Positions 47,721-59,023 of a stretch of 64,000 nucleotides of DNA are shown here, one piece after another. Source of the DNA: Collinsella sp. (GTDB lineage Bacteria > Actinomycetota > Coriobacteriia > Coriobacteriales > Coriobacteriaceae); NCBI GenBank assembly GCA_048250755.1, contig DBEZMF010000011.1, forward strand, positions 874 through 64,873. The letters run 5' to 3'. Every line of letters begins with the position of its first letter. Position 1 is the stretch's first letter. A program made the position numbers and the translations under genes. A model generated the notes under the pieces. That model did not search any database and was not told the origin of the DNA. It worked only from the letters and a program-made list of their open reading frames with translations.

Positions 47721-47792
47721 CAATGGTGTTCAACAGCGCCCGGCGGGAGCGAGGCGAATCCGAGTCAGCCCCGCCCCGCGCACGCCGCTTGC

Positions 47793-49094
<1,302 letters not shown>

Positions 49095-49273
49095 TCACTT
49101 GGAAACGGGTTGAATGCTTGGCGAGACGGCATTGCGCCAATGTGGCGCTTTGGTTTGCAAGTTAGCCATGTCGCACTTTTTGCATTATGCCCTAAGTTAG
49201 CCGAGGGATACAATTGTTTTTCGAAAAATTTAGCGGGAACGATGAGGCCTGTCAGCCCGTCGCTCCCGCGGTA

Positions 49274-50134
49274 TTACTCCCCTGCCTTGGCGGCATCCCA
49301 CAGGTCGTTGAGGCCATGGGTCGAAAGCTCAGCCAGATCCACATGGGCGTTGGCCGCCATCTGCTCCATTGCGGCCCAGCGGCGGCGGAACTTTGCCGTG
49401 CTGGCGCGCAGGGCGCTCTCGGCGTCGATTCCCTCCTTGCGCGCAACGTTGACCAGGGCAAAGAGCAGGTCGCCAAACTCCATTTCGCGCTCGGGCGAGC
49501 CGGGAGCCTCGGCCTCAAACTCAGCGCGCTCCTCGGCAACCTCGTCCCACACGTCCTGGACCGTCTCCCACTCAAAGCCCACGGCCGCCGCCTTGCGCGA
49601 CACCTTCTGCGCCTGCATCAATGCCGGCAGATGCGTGGGCACGCCGTCGAGCAGGCCCTCGGGTGCAGCCTCGCCTGCTGCCACGGCCTTGTCCTTGGCA
49701 GCCTTCTCGGCAAGCTTGACCTCGTCCCAAATCTTGAGCACCTCGTCGGAGTTATCGGCATCCGCATCGCCAAACACGTGCGGGTGGCGGCGGATGAGCT
49801 TGGCGTCGATATCGCGTGCCACATCGGCCAGCGTAAACTCACCGGCGTCCGCCGCAATCTGCGCATGCAGCACTACCTGCATGAGCACATCGCCCAGCTC
49901 CTCGCGCAGATGCGCCACGTCGTCCGCCTCGATGCAATCGAGCGCCTCGTAGGCTTCCTCGATCATATTCTTGCCGATGCTCTGATGCGTCTGCTCGCGG
50001 TCCCACGGGCAGCCGTCGGGCTGACGCAGGCGCCAGATGGTCTGCGCCAGATGCTGCAGCTCAGCCGACGCGTCGACCAGCGTGGACAGGTCGCGCGAGC
50101 CCTCGGCATTTTGCTGAGCCATGTGCTGCGCCAT
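49274..50134 (-). CDS. mazG: Nucleoside triphosphate pyrophosphohydrolase
   Basis: GCPWDREQT, EEAYE, EELGDVL, RRHPHVF, EFGDLLF. Confidence 0.94.
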   Translation of the reverse strand: MAQHMAQQNAEGSRDLSTLVDASAELQHLAQTIWRLRQPDGCPWDREQTHQSIGKNMIEEAYEALDCIEADDVAHLREELGDVLMQVVLHAQIAADAGEFTLADVARDIDAKLIRRHPHVFGDADADNSDEVLKIWDEVKLAEKAAKDKAVAAGEAAPEGLLDGVPTHLPALMQAQKVSRKAAAVGFEWETVQDVWDEVAEERAEFEAEAPGSPEREMEFGDLLFALVNVARKEGIDAESALRASTAKFRRRWAAMEQMAANAHVDLAELSTHGLNDLWDAAKAGE

Positions 50135-50136
50135 GG

Positions 50137-50685
50137 TTATTCCTCCTCCAGAATCACGTGACGGAACGCACCGCCCTCGTAGATGCCGTAGCTGTGCGAG
50201 CCGTCCTTGGGGATGCTCACGCTGCCGGGGTTGAAGAGCCACAGGCCCGGGTGCGCCTCGCTTGCCTCGTTAACCTTGATGTGTGTGTGGCCGTAGACGA
50301 GCGCGGAGCCCTCGGGCAGCGCGGGCGCGTGGTCGACGCTGTTGTGCATGCCGGCGCCAAAGACGTGGCCGTGTGTCAGGAACAGCTCGCGGCCGGTCTC
50401 GTCGAACAGCGTGGCGTAGTCGGCCATGACGGGGAAGTCGAGCACCATCTGGTCGACCTCGGCGTCACAGTTGCCGCGCACCGCAATGATGCGGTCGGCC
50501 AGGGCGTTGAGCAGCGGAATCACACGCTTGGGGGCGTAGTCGCGCGGAAGGTCGTTGCGCGGGCCGTGGTAGAGCAGGTCGCCCAGCAGAACGATGCGGT
50601 CGGGTTGCTCGGACTCGATGGCGGCGCAGAGGCGCTCGGTCCAGTATGCCGAGCCGTGAATGTCGGAAGCGATAAGGTATTTCAT
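50137..50685 (-). CDS. YfcE-like phosphodiesterase
   Basis: SDIHG, GDLLYHGPRN, RGNCD, THGH, GHTH, NPGS. Confidence 0.92.
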   Translation of the reverse strand: MKYLIASDIHGSAYWTERLCAAIESEQPDRIVLLGDLLYHGPRNDLPRDYAPKRVIPLLNALADRIIAVRGNCDAEVDQMVLDFPVMADYATLFDETGRELFLTHGHVFGAGMHNSVDHAPALPEGSALVYGHTHIKVNEASEAHPGLWLFNPGSVSIPKDGSHSYGIYEGGAFRHVILEEE

Positions 50686-50740
50686 GGTGGTCCTTTCGGG
50701 TGGGGTTGATGGGGCTGGGCGTGGCGTGCCACCGGCCGCG

Positions 50741-51226
50741 TTACTCAAATCGCAGCGCCGCGGCTTGTGCCGTATGCATCACGCGCTGGAGCGGTACGTT
50801 ATGCTCGCGGGCGAGACGGGCGCAGTCCTCGTACTCGGGCGCCGCACGCTCGCTGCCGTCGGGCAGAGTCGCCACCTTAACGGATACCTCGCCCCAAGGC
50901 GTTGTTACGCGCTCAAAGCGGCGTGGCAGGCAAACGCGCTCCATAACTTGACGGCGGATGCCATTGGTCGTGGTTTCCAAAAAGATGGTCATCTGCAGAC
51001 GGTCAATGTCCTCGCGGGCGCAGATTACCTGCAGCTGCCAGCCGGGACGACCTTTTTTGCAGTAGAGAGGCAGCCAGTGCACTTCGCGGGCGCCCGCCTC
51101 GCGCAAGCGGTCGGCGGCATAGGCGAGTACCTCGGGCGACGCATCGTCGATGTCGCACTCTAGCTTGACGATGGTCTCGGGCGCATCGGTCTCGCGGGAC
51201 AGCGGAGATGTACTTCCACGTTGCAT
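50741..51226 (-). CDS. Stand-alone C-terminal part of LarC (nickel insertion protein, DUF111)
   Basis: LECDIDD.SPE, KKGRPG, ETTTNGIR, PEYEDC; N-terminal and His-rich regions absent. Confidence 0.8.
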   Translation of the reverse strand: MQRGSTSPLSRETDAPETIVKLECDIDDASPEVLAYAADRLREAGAREVHWLPLYCKKGRPGWQLQVICAREDIDRLQMTIFLETTTNGIRRQVMERVCLPRRFERVTTPWGEVSVKVATLPDGSERAAPEYEDCARLAREHNVPLQRVMHTAQAAALRFE

Positions 51227-51332
51227 ACGGTCCGGATCCTTTCCGCACGGGCTCGTTTTATTCACCCAAACGCTAGCACATCGGACGTGGCACAGGCGTG
51301 ACTTTCGTCCGTCGCCGCCCTCGCCCCTATCC

Positions 51333-51397
51333 AAACGTGTACGTCAGCCTCCAAACATGTCATTTTTTGTCGGTTTTGGAGGCTGACGTACATGTTT
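51333..51397. repeat. Palindromic element with about 23-bp arms and a spacer
   Basis: AAACGTGTACGTCAGCCTCCAAA...TTTGGAGGCTGACGTACATGTTT. Confidence 0.7.
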
Positions 51398-51519
51398 TGA
51401 AAGCGCAAGCGAGGCCGCGCCGCGCAGCCTTTCCGATCGATTTCGGCACCCCGCGCGTACGACGCGCCGAGGCTGCGCCATTACAATGGAGCGGATTCGC
51501 CAAATGCAAAGGAGCCGCT

Positions 51520-52431
51520 ATGCCTATGTGCCCGCTGGTCGATTGCCATACCCACACCTCGTTTTCGGACGGCCATGCCTCATTTGAGGACAACGTCCGC
51601 GCCGCTGCCGCCGCCGGCTGCCGCGTCATGATCTCGACCGACCATCTCACCCTGCCCGCCAGCATGGACGCCAGCTGCGAAGTGCAGGTTGTCGAGGGCG
51701 ACTTGCCGGCACATCGTCTGGCCTTTGAGGATGCTCACAAGCTTGCCGCGCAGATCGCGCCGGATCTCAGCTTTATCTATGGCTTTGAATGCGATTGGTA
51801 CGAGGGCTGCGAGCCTTTGGTTGAGCGCTGGTCCCAGGGCGCCGTCGTGCGTCTGGGCAGTGTGCATTGGATTGGCAACCCGGGAGATATTGCGGCAGGC
51901 GCCGCGGGCACGGCAGGGACAGAGGACGTCGCTCGCCCCGATACGCCCGATTCCCTTTGCGGTTGGATCGACGACGACACCAACCTGCATGTTTGGGAAA
52001 ACTTAGGCGTACGCGGCGTGTGGGAGCGCTACGTCGACGACTGGTGCTGTGCTTGCGAAAGCTCACTCAACTTTGATGTGATGGCCCACCCCGACCTGGT
52101 TATGCGCTTTTCGAAGGAAGGCTTTGCGCCCGACTTTGACCTCGCGCCGTTTTGGCAGCAGATGGCCGAATGCGCCCACGATACGGGTCGTCGCATTGAG
52201 GTCTCGACCGCCGCACCGCGCAAGGGCCTCGACGACTATTACCCCTCGACGGGGCTGTTGCGTTGCTTCGCCCACGCCGAGGTACCCATCACCTTTGGCT
52301 CGGACGCGCACCGCGCCTGCGATATTTGCAGGAACATCCGCGAGGCTCAAGCCCACGCCTACGACTGCGGTTATCGAACCTTCGATATCCCCCACCCCAC
52401 CGGAGAATGGGAGTCCACGCCCCTCGCCTAG
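51520..52431 (+). CDS. PHP family histidinol-phosphatase (HisK/HisJ-like)
   Basis: DCHTHT, TDH, GSVH, AHPD, GSDAH; convergent with the his operon, whose HisB lacks a phosphatase domain. Confidence 0.82.
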   Translation: MPMCPLVDCHTHTSFSDGHASFEDNVRAAAAAGCRVMISTDHLTLPASMDASCEVQVVEGDLPAHRLAFEDAHKLAAQIAPDLSFIYGFECDWYEGCEPLVERWSQGAVVRLGSVHWIGNPGDIAAGAAGTAGTEDVARPDTPDSLCGWIDDDTNLHVWENLGVRGVWERYVDDWCCACESSLNFDVMAHPDLVMRFSKEGFAPDFDLAPFWQQMAECAHDTGRRIEVSTAAPRKGLDDYYPSTGLLRCFAHAEVPITFGSDAHRACDICRNIREAQAHAYDCGYRTFDIPHPTGEWESTPLA

Positions 52432-52443
52432 CCATCCCTTCAT

Positions 52444-52512
52444 AAGTTGCGGTGAAATAGGGATTGTTTTGCCTGATGAAGCACTTAAACAGTCCCTATT
52501 TCACCGCAACTT
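52444..52512. repeat. 69-bp palindromic element, family A copy 4
   Basis: AAGTTGCGGTGAAATAGGGATTG...CAGTCCCTATTTCACCGCAACTT. Confidence 0.9.
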
Positions 52513-52578
52513 CCATGACTCCGTTACACCAACAAAGACTGTCCCAAACGACTAGTCGTTTAAGAACGTCCCCAATGA

Positions 52579-52896
52579 CTAGTGGCGGCGGGCGTTGAGT
52601 TCGCCGGCCAGCTCGTCGAGGGTGATACCGTAGCGCTCGAGCGTCACGAGCAGGTGGTAGACCAGGTCGCCGGCCTCGTAGCGGATGTGGTCGTGATCGT
52701 TATCCTTGCAGGCCATGATCACCTCGCTCGCCTCCTCGGCAAGCTTCTTGAGCAGCTCGTCCTCGACGTCGGTCAGCAGGCGAGCGGTGTAGCTCTCCTG
52801 TGGCGACGCATCGCGACGACCGTGAATCACCTCGGCCAGACCCGTCAGCGTCTCGCCGATATTTCCATCCTGAACATTTGCGGTGCGCACACCCAT
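52579..52896 (-). CDS. hisE: Phosphoribosyl-ATP pyrophosphohydrolase
   Basis: SYTARL, KKLAEEASE, YEAGDLVYH. Confidence 0.93.
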   Translation of the reverse strand: MGVRTANVQDGNIGETLTGLAEVIHGRRDASPQESYTARLLTDVEDELLKKLAEEASEVIMACKDNDHDHIRYEAGDLVYHLLVTLERYGITLDELAGELNARRH

Positions 52897-52941
52897 AGTT
52901 CAATCCTTTCTGGTGGCCGAGCGTCTAATCGAGCGCCCGCC

Positions 52942-53271
52942 CTACGCGAGTTTCTTAAAGAAGCAAGTACGGTTGCCGGTATGGCAGGCCGGACCCGGCG
53001 AGTCAACCTTGACCAGCAGCGTATCGCTATCGCAGTCGGCCCAGAGCTCCTTGACCGCTTGCATATTGCCGCTCGTCGCGCCCTTGTTCCAGAGCTCCTG
53101 GCGACTGCGGCTCCAAAACCACGTGGTGCCGGTCTTGAGCGTCAACCCCACCGACTCCTCGTTCATCCAGGCAACCATAAGCACCTCGCCGGTGTCATAC
53201 TGCTGAACAACACAAGGAATCAGCCCCTTGGCGTCGTATGTAAGCTTTGAAGGATCGGTTATCTCTTCCAT
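52942..53271 (-). CDS. hisI: Phosphoribosyl-AMP cyclohydrolase
   Basis: [32 protein letters not shown]. Confidence 0.95.
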   Translation of the reverse strand: MEEITDPSKLTYDAKGLIPCVVQQYDTGEVLMVAWMNEESVGLTLKTGTTWFWSRSRQELWNKGATSGNMQAVKELWADCDSDTLLVKVDSPGPACHTGNRTCFFKKLA

Positions 53272-53308
53272 TTCTCTCCCCAATTTAAACCCCACAGGTC
53301 GGCGAGGG

Positions 53309-53402
53309 TTGTCCAGGTGCCGCAGGTTGCCGCGAAAGAGGAGCGACGCGTACTTTGGTACGCGAGCGACGGTTTGAGCGGCAAGATGCGGTGCCTGGAC
53401 AA
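53309..53402. repeat. Nested palindromic element between hisF and hisI
   Basis: TTGTCCAGGTGCCGCA/TGCGGTGCCTGGACAA, TTGCCGC/GCGGCAA, apical CGCGTAC-TTTG-GTACGCG. Confidence 0.75.
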
Positions 53403-53411
53403 GCCGCAGCG

Positions 53412-54194
53412 CTAGAAGTCCAACCTGACAGGGATGTCTTGAGAGGCCATATACTCTTTGACTTCGCGAATGCTGAACGTCCCAAAGTGAAAGACGCTGG
53501 CCGCCAGCACGGCATCGGCTTCGCCCTCGATCACGCCCTCGGCAAAATGCTCGAGCGTACCCACGCCGCCGCTCGCAATAACGGGAATCGGCACCGCGCG
53601 CACCACGGCACGGGTGAGCGCCAGGTCAAAGCCGGCCTTGGTGCCGTCGCGATCCATACTGGTCAGCAAGATCTCGCCGGCGCCGCGACGAGCCGCTTCC
53701 TCGGCCCACGCCACCGCGTCGATACCCGTGGCGTTGCGGCCGCCCGCCGTGAAGACTTCCCACTTGTCGGCACCCGGCTCTCCGGGCAAACCGACGCGCT
53801 TGGCATCGATCGCCACGACCACGGCCTGACTGCCAAAAGCCGCGGCAGCCTGGCTAATCAGCGACGGGTCACGCACGGCCGCCGAGTTGAGCGACACCTT
53901 GTCGGCACCGGCGGCAACCATGGTCCGCATGCCCGCCAAGTCGCGAAAGCCGCCGCCCACGGTATAGGGAATAGCGAGCTCCTCGGCTGCATGCGCCGCC
54001 ATCTCGATAGTCGTCGCACGGTTGTCGCTCGTGGCGGTAATGTCCAGGAAGACAACCTCGTCCGCACCCTCGCGGTCGTAGGCGCGCGCCAGCTCCACCG
54101 GATCGCCCGCATCGCGCAAGCTCACAAAGTTGACGCCCTTGACCACACGGCCGTCCTTGACGTCCAGGCAGGGAATCACGCGTTTGGTAAGCAT
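53412..54194 (-). CDS. hisF: Imidazole glycerol phosphate synthase, cyclase subunit
   Basis: [34 protein letters not shown]. Confidence 0.97.
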   Translation of the reverse strand: MLTKRVIPCLDVKDGRVVKGVNFVSLRDAGDPVELARAYDREGADEVVFLDITATSDNRATTIEMAAHAAEELAIPYTVGGGFRDLAGMRTMVAAGADKVSLNSAAVRDPSLISQAAAAFGSQAVVVAIDAKRVGLPGEPGADKWEVFTAGGRNATGIDAVAWAEEAARRGAGEILLTSMDRDGTKAGFDLALTRAVVRAVPIPVIASGGVGTLEHFAEGVIEGEADAVLAASVFHFGTFSIREVKEYMASQDIPVRLDF

Positions 54195-54197
54195 GGG

Positions 54198-54941
54198 TTA
54201 CTCCTCCCCTCGGGCGGCGGCCAGCGCCTGGGCCAGCGTAAAGTTTCCCTCGTAGAGCGCGCGACCGGTGATGGCACCTTCAATCGCGCCCCCACCCACC
54301 GCGGCCAGCGCGCGGATGTCGTCGAGCGTCGAGATGCCGCCCGATGCCACGACGGGAAAGCCCGCGACCTCGGCCACATGGCGATACGCCGCCACATCGA
54401 TGCCCGTCTGCATGCCATCGCGCGCAATGTCGGTATACACCAGATGCTTAAAGCCCAGCTCGGAAAGCTGCGCCACGGCATCGTCGAGCGCCACGTCCGC
54501 GCCGTCGCGCCAGCCGTTCACCTTGACCTGGCCGTCGCGCGCGGCAATATCTGCCACCAACAGCTCGCCAAAGCCTTGGGCCGCCACCTCGGCAAAACCC
54601 GGCTCGGTCACGAGCACCGTGCCCAGTGCGATGCGGCGCGCACCGTAGCCGGCCAACTCGTCGATGCGCGCGAGTGAGCGGACGCCGCCGCCCACGTCCA
54701 CGGACAGACCGTCGACGCCGCAGATGGCCTTGATCGCCGCCGAATTGGCAGCGCATGTGTCCTCATCCTCGCCAAAGGCAGAGGACAAATCGACGACGTG
54801 CACCCAGCTCGCGCCCTGCTCGGCAAACGAGCGGGCGACTGCCACGGGGTCGTTGGAATATACCTTGCAGCGGCTGCGGTCGCCACGCTCCAGGCGCACG
54901 ACCTTGCCGCCGATCAGATCGATTGCGGGAAACAGGATCAT
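54198..54941 (-). CDS. hisA: ProFAR isomerase
   Basis: FPAIDL..GKVVRL, HVVDL, VGGGVR, TDIARDG, GRALYEG. Confidence 0.95.
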   Translation of the reverse strand: MILFPAIDLIGGKVVRLERGDRSRCKVYSNDPVAVARSFAEQGASWVHVVDLSSAFGEDEDTCAANSAAIKAICGVDGLSVDVGGGVRSLARIDELAGYGARRIALGTVLVTEPGFAEVAAQGFGELLVADIAARDGQVKVNGWRDGADVALDDAVAQLSELGFKHLVYTDIARDGMQTGIDVAAYRHVAEVAGFPVVASGGISTLDDIRALAAVGGGAIEGAITGRALYEGNFTLAQALAAARGEE

Positions 54942-55639
54942 CGGCCAGCCTCCTCGACGATGTTGACGAAGTTCTTAAGGATGCGCTGACCCAGCGCGGA
55001 GGATTTCTCGGGATGGAACTGGCAGCCCCACACGTTGCCATGGCGCACGATGCAGGGGAAACTCCGCGTATAGTGCGTGCGTGCCAGCACATCGGCGGCA
55101 TCGGCGTCGTCGGCCACCGCATAGCTATGGGTGAAGTACATGTTGGCACCCTCGGCAAAACCAGCGAGCAACGGATCGGCCGCGCCGGCGGGCGTCATGT
55201 GCACCTGGTCCCAGCCCACGTGCGGCACCTTCAGGCGGCTCGATTCCAGGCGCGTGCACGAACCGCGCATAATACCCAGGCCATCGACCCAGGGACCGCC
55301 AGCCTGCTCGGAGGCGTTGCCGTCGGCAACCGCGTCCTCGTTCGCAGGCACGCCCTCGTTGCCGCGCTCAAAAAACAGTTGAAGACCCAGGCAGATGCCG
55401 AGCAGCGGAGTCCCGGTGGCGACGGCATCGAGCACCGCGTCCGCCTCGCCGCTCTGGCGCATAATGGCGATCGCGTCATAGAACGCGCCCACGCCCGGGA
55501 TGACCAGGCCGTCGGCGTTGCGGATCTGCTCCGGATCGTCCGACGTGCAGGCGGCGGCACCGGCGCGCGCAAGCCCACGCGCAACGCTAGACAAGTTGCC
55601 CTTGTGGTAGTCGACCACCACGATCTTCGGTTCGCCCAC
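54938..55639 (-). CDS. hisH: Imidazole glycerol phosphate synthase, glutaminase subunit
   Basis: PGVGAF, GICLGLQ, VPHVGW, QFHPEKS; GTG start after GGAGG. Confidence 0.95.
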   Translation of the reverse strand: MGEPKIVVVDYHKGNLSSVARGLARAGAAACTSDDPEQIRNADGLVIPGVGAFYDAIAIMRQSGEADAVLDAVATGTPLLGICLGLQLFFERGNEGVPANEDAVADGNASEQAGGPWVDGLGIMRGSCTRLESSRLKVPHVGWDQVHMTPAGAADPLLAGFAEGANMYFTHSYAVADDADAADVLARTHYTRSFPCIVRHGNVWGCQFHPEKSSALGQRILKNFVNIVEEAGR

Positions 55640-55661
55640 GCGACCCTCCTTTTCCCCATTC

Positions 55662-55778
55662 AAAACCTGCCAAAAAGGGACAGGTTTATTTTGGTCGGTT
55701 AAACGTTCACCCACTGCATGAGACGGCATTTCCGCAGATAAAACCTGCCAAAATAAACCCGTCCCTTTTTGGCAGGTT
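55662..55778. repeat. Inverted REP doublet (REPIN-like) between hisB and hisH
   Basis: AAAACCTGCCAAAAAGGGACAGGTTTATTTTGG and the inverted copy CCAAAATAAACCCGTCCCTTTTTGGCAGGTT. Confidence 0.8.
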
Positions 55779-56364
55779 ACAGCGAGCCCTTGGTGCTGGG
55801 AATGCCCTGCACGCGGGGGTCCAGCTCGCAGGCGCGGCGCATCGTGCGGCCCACGGCCTTAAAGGCGGCCTCGATAATGTGATGCGAGTTGCCGCCCACC
55901 AGCTCGCGCACGTGCAGCGTGAGCTTGGCATCGCGCGCAAAGGCGTAGAAGAACTCGACGGCCAGCTCGGTATCGAAGCTGCCCACGCGCTCAGTCGGCA
56001 CGGGCAGCTCGCAGTAGGCCTGCCCGCGGCCCGAAATATCAACAGCAGCCATCACAAGCGTCTCGTCCATGGCGATCGCCGCGTCGGCAAAGCGCGTAAT
56101 GCCCGCCTTGTCGCCCAGCGCCTGGCAAAACGCCTCGCCCAGCACAATGCCCGTGTCCTCGACGGTGTGATGCGCATCGACCTCGACGTCGCCCACCGCG
56201 TGCACCGTCAGATCGAACAGACCATGGCGGCCAAAGGCGTTGAGCATGTGGTCGAAAAACGGCACACCGGTCGAGATATCGCACACGCCAGATCCGTCCA
56301 GGTCGAGCTTTACGACAATGTCGGTCTCCCCCGTCTTGCGGGTCACCTCGGCATAACGGTCCAT
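55777..56364 (-). CDS. hisB: Imidazoleglycerol-phosphate dehydratase
   Basis: FFDHML, DAHHTVED, NSHHIIEA, PSTKG. Confidence 0.97.
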   Translation of the reverse strand: MDRYAEVTRKTGETDIVVKLDLDGSGVCDISTGVPFFDHMLNAFGRHGLFDLTVHAVGDVEVDAHHTVEDTGIVLGEAFCQALGDKAGITRFADAAIAMDETLVMAAVDISGRGQAYCELPVPTERVGSFDTELAVEFFYAFARDAKLTLHVRELVGGNSHHIIEAAFKAVGRTMRRACELDPRVQGIPSTKGSL

Positions 56365-57480
56365 CTACATCTCCTCCTTCACCAGCGCGGCAAACGCTGC
56401 CAGCACCTCGTCGTTTTCCTGCGGGGTGCCCACGGTAATGCGCAGGCAGTCCGCGAGCCCCGGCGCGTAGCTAAAGTCGCGCACTAAAATTGAATACTCG
56501 TCGCGCAGGCGCTCACGCACGCGCGTGGCATGCGGCGTGCGCACGAGCACAAAGTTCGCCGCGCTCGGCCACGCCTCCACAGGCAAGCCCTCGGCAGCCA
56601 TCACGCGCAGAGCGGCCAGCTCGCGCTCGCGCTCGGATGCGACCTGCGCCACCACAGGTGCGTACGCATCGCGGGCACGCACGCAGGCAAGCGCCGCCGC
56701 CTGGCTCAACACGTTGACCGAATAGATCTGGCGAATCGCCGCGAACACGTCGATGACCTCGGGCGCCGCGATCACATAGCCCAGACGCGTGCCGGCGGCG
56801 CCGAACGCCTTGGACAGCGTATGCAGAATCGCCAGGTTGGGATGCTCGGCGATAAGCCCCTGCGCCGTGGTGGCCGCGCCAAACGAATCGTCGGCAAACT
56901 CCACGTAGGCCTCGTCGACCATCACCATGCCGGGGCAGGCATCGCACAGAGCCGCAACAAAGTCGAGCGGCGCCACGTCACCCGTGGGATTGTTGGGCGA
57001 GGTCACGATCGCCAGATTGCACTCGGGAGCCGCTGCAAGCACCGCCGCCTGGTCGAGCTCAAAGGTCGCCGGGTCGCGCCACACGTCGCGCACCTCGGTC
57101 TGGCACAGCGACGCAAAGAACGCATACTCGCTAAAGCACGGCGGGCAGTTGAGCAGGGTCCGCCCCGCGCCGCCAAACGCCAGCAAGTAGTTATAGAGCA
57201 GCTCGTCACCGCCGTTGCCCACGCAGATATTCTCGCGCGTCACGCCATGCCAAGCAGCAAGCTCATCGCGCAGGTCGTTGGACATGGGGTCGGGATAACG
57301 GTTGAGCGGCGTGGCAGCCAGGGCTGCATCAATCGCCTCGCGCACGCCGGCCGGCACGGGATAGGTGTTCTCGTTGGCCGAAAGGTTGATGCGCGTGGGC
57401 GTGAAGTTGGGATCATAGGGCTCAATGCCGGCCAGGTAGGGCTGGACGAGCTCCTTCATGCGCGGCGTGAGTTCGGCCAT
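56365..57480 (-). CDS. hisC: Histidinol-phosphate aminotransferase
   Basis: LSANEN, NRYPD, GNGGDE, PNNPTG, DEAYVEF, TLSKAFG, LRITVG. Confidence 0.95.
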   Translation of the reverse strand: MAELTPRMKELVQPYLAGIEPYDPNFTPTRINLSANENTYPVPAGVREAIDAALAATPLNRYPDPMSNDLRDELAAWHGVTRENICVGNGGDELLYNYLLAFGGAGRTLLNCPPCFSEYAFFASLCQTEVRDVWRDPATFELDQAAVLAAAPECNLAIVTSPNNPTGDVAPLDFVAALCDACPGMVMVDEAYVEFADDSFGAATTAQGLIAEHPNLAILHTLSKAFGAAGTRLGYVIAAPEVIDVFAAIRQIYSVNVLSQAAALACVRARDAYAPVVAQVASERERELAALRVMAAEGLPVEAWPSAANFVLVRTPHATRVRERLRDEYSILVRDFSYAPGLADCLRITVGTPQENDEVLAAFAALVKEEM

Positions 57481-57481
57481 G

Positions 57482-58918
57482 TTAGGCCTCCTCGCCGGTC
57501 GCGCCAACGCCATCCGCGCCCGCAGCCGCCAGGTCAACGCCCTCGGCAACCGTCACCACGGCGTCACCCGGCCAAGCGACCTTGGTCAGGTCGGCCGCGG
57601 CCAGAGACTCGGCACTCACGGCATCCTCGCCCTGTTCCAGCACACGGCGACGCAAAGCGGCGGATAGCGCGTGCGCCCACAGGCCCTCGGCCTCGGCCAG
57701 ACGCTGTGTGGCGGGAGCGTCGGAGAGCAGGCCCTCGGGTGTATAGCAAATGACGCTCGAGCGCTTAACGAACTCTTCGACCGAAAGCGGGTTGGAGAAC
57801 ATGGCCGTGCCGCCAGTCGGCAGCGTGTGGTTGGGACCGGCAACGTAATCGCCGAGCGGCTCGGAGCTCCAAGCGCCCACAAAGATGGCGCCGGCGTTGC
57901 GAATGCCGCCGAGCAGGCCCATCGCATCCTTGCAGTGCAGCTCAAGGTGCTCAGGCGCCACGGTGTTCACGGCCTCGACGGCGGCAGCCATGTCGGCGGC
58001 CACCACGATGGTGCCTTCGTTGTCGAGCGAGGCGCGCGTGATCTCGGCACGCGGCGACTGCGCCACCAGAATGTCGATACCAGCCTCGACCTCGCGCGCA
58101 AACTGCTCGTCGCAAGTCACCAGATAGCAGGCTGCCAGCGGATCGTGCTCGGCCTGGGCCATCAGGTCTGCCGCGACCACCATGGGCTTGGCCGTGGCAT
58201 CGGCCAGCACGCAGACCTCGGAGGGGCCAGCGACCATGTCGATTCCCACGTCGCCCGAGACAATCTGCTTGGCCGCAGCGACAAAGGCGTTGCCCGGACC
58301 GGTGATTTTATCGACACGCGGAATGGTCTCGGTACCGTACGCCAGCGCGGCCACGGCCTGAGCGCCGCCCACCATATAGATTTCGTCCACGCCGCCGAGC
58401 TTTGCCGCGGCAAGCGTGTGGGGGCTGATCAGGCCGTCTTTTTGCGGCGGGGTCACCATAACCACGCGCTTGACGCCGGCAACCTTGGCGGGAATGGCAT
58501 TCATGAGCACCGTGGAGGGATACTGCGCGCGACCGCCCGGCACATAGATGCCAGCCGCCGCGAGCGGGGTCACCTTAACGCCGAGTATCGTGCCGTCCGG
58601 GCGCGTGGTAAACCAGCTCTGCTCGACCTCGCGCTGGTGGAATTCGCGAATCTGACGCGCGGCCTTCTCGAGCGCAGCGACAAAAGCGGGATCGAGACCT
58701 TCGAGCGCAGCATCGATCTGCTCCTGCGGCAGACGGAAGCTCTGCAGCTCAACGCCGTCAAAACGCTGACAGTAATCGCGCACCGCGGCATCGCCGTTGG
58801 CGCGCACGTCGGCCACGATATCGCGGGCGGCGTCGACGATGTTTTGCGGCAGCACGCCCTTGCGGTTGAGCTGGTTGGTAACGAGGCGCTCGCCGGGAGC
58901 AAGCTTGATGGTCTTCAT
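57482..58918 (-). CDS. hisD: Histidinol dehydrogenase
   Basis: [37 protein letters not shown]. Confidence 0.97.
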   Translation of the reverse strand: MKTIKLAPGERLVTNQLNRKGVLPQNIVDAARDIVADVRANGDAAVRDYCQRFDGVELQSFRLPQEQIDAALEGLDPAFVAALEKAARQIREFHQREVEQSWFTTRPDGTILGVKVTPLAAAGIYVPGGRAQYPSTVLMNAIPAKVAGVKRVVMVTPPQKDGLISPHTLAAAKLGGVDEIYMVGGAQAVAALAYGTETIPRVDKITGPGNAFVAAAKQIVSGDVGIDMVAGPSEVCVLADATAKPMVVAADLMAQAEHDPLAACYLVTCDEQFAREVEAGIDILVAQSPRAEITRASLDNEGTIVVAADMAAAVEAVNTVAPEHLELHCKDAMGLLGGIRNAGAIFVGAWSSEPLGDYVAGPNHTLPTGGTAMFSNPLSVEEFVKRSSVICYTPEGLLSDAPATQRLAEAEGLWAHALSAALRRRVLEQGEDAVSAESLAAADLTKVAWPGDAVVTVAEGVDLAAAGADGVGATGEEA

Positions 58919-59023
58919 ATCGGTATCCCCTATCGGTCGAGGTTGTGTTCGAAAAACGAGAGGCCGGGCGGCGGCGCCAATCGGCCCGCAGCCCAGACGT
59001 TGGGACGCCCGTGCGTGCTCGCG

